The notes beneath the pieces were generated by a model. It had not been told where the DNA came from and did no database searches. It saw only the letters and a list, made by a program, of their open reading frames with translations. Of a DNA stretch of 40,698 nt, positions 37,837 to 40,698 are shown in pieces; the first letter of the stretch is position 1, and each line of letters starts with the position of its first letter. This DNA is from an uncultured Bacilli bacterium (lineage in GTDB: Bacteria > Bacillota_I > Bacilli_A > RF39 > UBA660). Made by a program: the position numbers and the translations under genes. The stretch is taken from positions 1 through 40,698 of the forward strand of contig CAJFVY010000035.1 of assembly GCA_904420615.1 (NCBI GenBank), given 5' to 3'.

Positions 37837-40105
37837 CTTCTTCTTTTTCTAGATATACATAATCATTTGCTTCATAAAAACAAAGCTCATAAAAAGGACA
37901 ATTCTCACAACTAATATTTTTTTGATTAACTATTTTAGGTTGTATCATAAATTTACTATTTAGAATATCGTCTTTAAACTCTTTTATTTTATGATCTACC
38001 ATTTCAACCATCATATCTTTTTCCTTATTAGTAAATGTCTTCATACGACTACTAATAGTATTTTGTTTCGTAAAAGATAGTCCTTTAATTAGTTCACTAT
38101 GTTGATAATTTTCATCTAAAAGACTTAAAGATTCTTCATCATTAGAAACAATTCCAAACAACTTCAAGTTTTTATCTTTATCTTGTAAATCTTTTATAGA
38201 TGGTAATAAAGGTTGATAAAACAAGCCACTACAAAAAGAATTAGAAAATAATTTACTCTTTTCTACTAAGTATAGATAAAAAGGTAATTGCATATAAAGT
38301 CCATCTTTTAAATAATCTAATATTAATTTTACATTTCCTGTTTTATAATCAACAATAGCATAATAAGTAATACCATTCACTGTATGATAAAACAATTTAT
38401 CAATAATCCCTTTTATCTTAATAGAGGAATCTGTAATTTCTATTTTCTTTTCTAAGTATCTATTAGTTAAAAGTGTACTTTCTTCTTTTTCTTTAATAGT
38501 CTTAATAATTTCTTTTAATTCTTCTTTTAATTTAACCATCAAGAATTGTTCTCTTACATCTAACTCTTCTATATCTACATACTGTTGATAAATTTTCTCA
38601 AAATCAAAATTACTATCATACATATGAAGCAAGACTCCATGATAAATATTACCTAGTTTCTGATTAAAGGTTTTTATAAATTCTGATAAATTTAATACGT
38701 ATTTGACATAATATCGGAAAGGACATAAAGCATAATCATTCAAGTTAGTATAAGAAAAAACTAATGGCTTTAGAGGAACAGAAAATTCTTTAAATTGATG
38801 ATCATACGAACGATAACTATCTTCTATTTCTTTTGTAAATATTTGTTTTAAGTCTTTATTTTGTTCATGATAAGTATAATAATAATCAAGAAAAGAAGTA
38901 GCCATATATCTATTATAATCTTTACTATAACAATATTTAGCTTTTTCTCCTTCTTCTACTTTTATATTATCTTCACTAATATAACTACTAGGATTAAAAG
39001 TAGATTGTAAAGAGGTATCTATATAAGATAGAAAAAGATGTTTTACACTAGTTAAGGCAAGCTTAGTAATCTTTTTGTTTTTTATATTCTTCTCAGTAGA
39101 AGTTAAGAGTCCTAATTCTTGTTTTTCTCTATCACTAAAGTATTCTTCATCTTTATAAGTCTTTGGAATTCTTCCTTGATTAAAGCCTAACACAAAAAGA
39201 TAATCATCTTCTTCCAAATAGTTAGGAATAGTAATTGTTTCTTCACAAATAGAAACTGCATCTTTCTTTTTTATAACTTTAAAAGATGTATTTTCTAATT
39301 CTTGTGCTAATAATAATGAGTAATAAGGACTATCTTTAGCATAAAGAAGTCTTTCATTAATAGAAAGTAAAGTTTGTTTATACTTATCGTCTAATTCTTC
39401 AATAATTGTTTGATCTAACAAGTAATTATGACCAATAGTAGTTTCTAATAAGCTAAAATGAAAGTTTAAGTTCAAAGGAATATCAAACTTTTGAAAGATT
39501 GTATATAAAAGATAATGATAAGACTCATCAATACCCGCTAAAAAGATATGATCATAACGAATTCCTTGATAATTTAAATCTCTGATCTGGCTTGCAATAG
39601 CTGTTATTTCTTCACGCATAGTTTCATAATGAGAGCAAAAAGGAAAAGGATATTCTTGTTCCACACTAGAATATATATTAGCATGTACTTCTTCTAACAT
39701 TTTTTCTTCGTATGGCTCTAAAAAAGGATAACCCATAACAATTACTTTTTTAGTAGTAATATATTCATGAAAAGAAGAGTCATATTCAAGTAAATTATGT
39801 TCTTCTAATTCTTTTTTTATTTTTTGTAAACGAATTGCTTTAGACGTTTTATAGGTCTTATTATCATCAACAGCATAAATTTTTTTTAATATTTCATCAA
39901 TAACATCTAATGAATCTTGATACTTCTCTAATAAATATAGCTTAGCTTCTTTCTTTATTTTAAATAAATATTTTTCTTTAAAAGAATTTAAATCATCAAA
40001 TAAAATATTATAAATTGTATCATAACTACTAAGTTCTAATAAAATCTTTTCTTTCAATTTTTGAGGAATAATAAAATAAATATTATCAGCAAGATATTCT
40101 TTCAT
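37820..40105 (-). CDS. addB: AddB-like PD-(D/E)XK nuclease subunit
   Basis: LCPFRYY..Y.L.L, GIIDK...IVDYKTG, Q..FY, CENCPFYELC (Fe-S staple cysteines); adjacent to addA. Confidence 0.88.
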   Translation of the reverse strand: MKEYLADNIYFIIPQKLKEKILLELSSYDTIYNILFDDLNSFKEKYLFKIKKEAKLYLLEKYQDSLDVIDEILKKIYAVDDNKTYKTSKAIRLQKIKKELEEHNLLEYDSSFHEYITTKKVIVMGYPFLEPYEEKMLEEVHANIYSSVEQEYPFPFCSHYETMREEITAIASQIRDLNYQGIRYDHIFLAGIDESYHYLLYTIFQKFDIPLNLNFHFSLLETTIGHNYLLDQTIIEELDDKYKQTLLSINERLLYAKDSPYYSLLLAQELENTSFKVIKKKDAVSICEETITIPNYLEEDDYLFVLGFNQGRIPKTYKDEEYFSDREKQELGLLTSTEKNIKNKKITKLALTSVKHLFLSYIDTSLQSTFNPSSYISEDNIKVEEGEKAKYCYSKDYNRYMATSFLDYYYTYHEQNKDLKQIFTKEIEDSYRSYDHQFKEFSVPLKPLVFSYTNLNDYALCPFRYYVKYVLNLSEFIKTFNQKLGNIYHGVLLHMYDSNFDFEKIYQQYVDIEELDVREQFLMVKLKEELKEIIKTIKEKEESTLLTNRYLEKKIEITDSSIKIKGIIDKLFYHTVNGITYYAIVDYKTGNVKLILDYLKDGLYMQLPFYLYLVEKSKLFSNSFCSGLFYQPLLPSIKDLQDKDKNLKLFGIVSNDEESLSLLDENYQHSELIKGLSFTKQNTISSRMKTFTNKEKDMMVEMVDHKIKEFKDDILNSKFMIQPKIVNQKNISCENCPFYELCFYEANDYVYLEKEEGEEDA

Positions 40106-40241
40106 CTTTTCCTCCTTCTATTAACATAATCTTTTTCATATAACCAATATCAATATATAATACATTTGTTTGGAAGTCAATCTTATTTTGAACATAACAA
40201 AAAGAACTAACTATATTATATAGTCACTTCTCTTCTATTTA

Positions 40242-40697
40242 TTATTTATTTTCTAATGTTTTAGATCTTTTTCTATAGTATAAATATAAAATGGTTGCCA
40301 TTACTAAGACTATAGCTAAGCTTATTGCTATATAAGTACTACTAATAGTGATAGGATTCTTGATTACTGTTACTTCTATTTCATAAGTTGTTCCATCTTC
40401 TCCTACTCCTCTTATCGTTGTTATTCCTTCTTTTATTCCTAGAATTTTACCATCTTCTATTTTAGCTATACTTTCATTTTCACTAGTCCAAGTGATATTA
40501 CCACTTAGATCTACTGTTTCTGTAAAAGCACTATTATCATCTACACTACTTCCTTCTTCTATTGTTACTTTTCCTTTATAACTATTCTTTTTAGCTTCTA
40601 CCAAAATATACGGATTATCACTCGTTCCATCTCCTACTAGTGTCATTCCTTCTGTTGATAGATTGATGACAGGACGGATACTAGGATTTTCTACAAT
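40242..40697 (-). CDS. C-terminal part of a surface protein (GxGTxxxPY motif, Ig-like Big_2 domain, C-terminal membrane anchor); 5' end outside the window
   Basis: Frame open to the window edge (IRPVINL...GDGTSDNPY), WTSENESIAKIEDGKI.G..EG.T.I, NPIT plus hydrophobic helix plus RKRSK. Confidence 0.8.
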   Translation of the reverse strand: MVENPSIRPVINLSTEGMTLVGDGTSDNPYILVEAKKNSYKGKVTIEEGSSVDDNSAFTETVDLSGNITWTSENESIAKIEDGKILGIKEGITTIRGVGEDGTTYEIEVTVIKNPITISSTYIAISLAIVLVMATILYLYYRKRSKTLENK

Positions 40698-40698
40698 A

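Noticed and set aside
37820-40105. Cas4 or defence nuclease
   Set aside because: The four-Cys PD-(D/E)XK domain is explained by AddB next to addA.
1-40698. Mycoplasma-type genetic code (TGA=Trp)
   Set aside because: Conserved genes translate fully with the standard code and several (e.g. rel) end at TGA.

Overview
Low-GC (AT-rich) chromosomal window from a Firmicute using the standard genetic code. Gene style (compact AddAB, comN-secDF-rel-dtd, many orphan ORFs) suggests an uncultured reduced-genome Bacilli lineage such as RF39; this is inference. Almost everything is on the minus strand. Housekeeping content: T-box-controlled gatCAB-aspS (indirect Asn-tRNA route), helD, yceD-rpmF, comN-secDF-rel-dtd, uppP, addAB and three tRNAs (Arg-TCT, Leu-TAG, Ile2-CAT). 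An accessory stretch (~5.5-23.8 kb) holds GNATs, orphan paralogs, a SleC-like/LysM divergent pair, a frameshifted DUF2441 gene, an IS66 remnant, a hybrid kinase plus HPt-receiver pair and an adenylate-forming enzyme. An IS3 right end sits at the left edge. Most notable: (1) ribosomal protein L32 carries a 9-residue N-terminal extension (MLKLEIQMF|AVP) closely matching the Prp-cleaved extension known from L27; (2) an unannotated 27-aa hydrophobic peptide gene with type I toxin mRNA architecture has a LexA (Cheo) box inside its promoter; (3) structured leaders precede helD and the acyl-CoA ligase. All family assignments are from motif recognition, not database searches.
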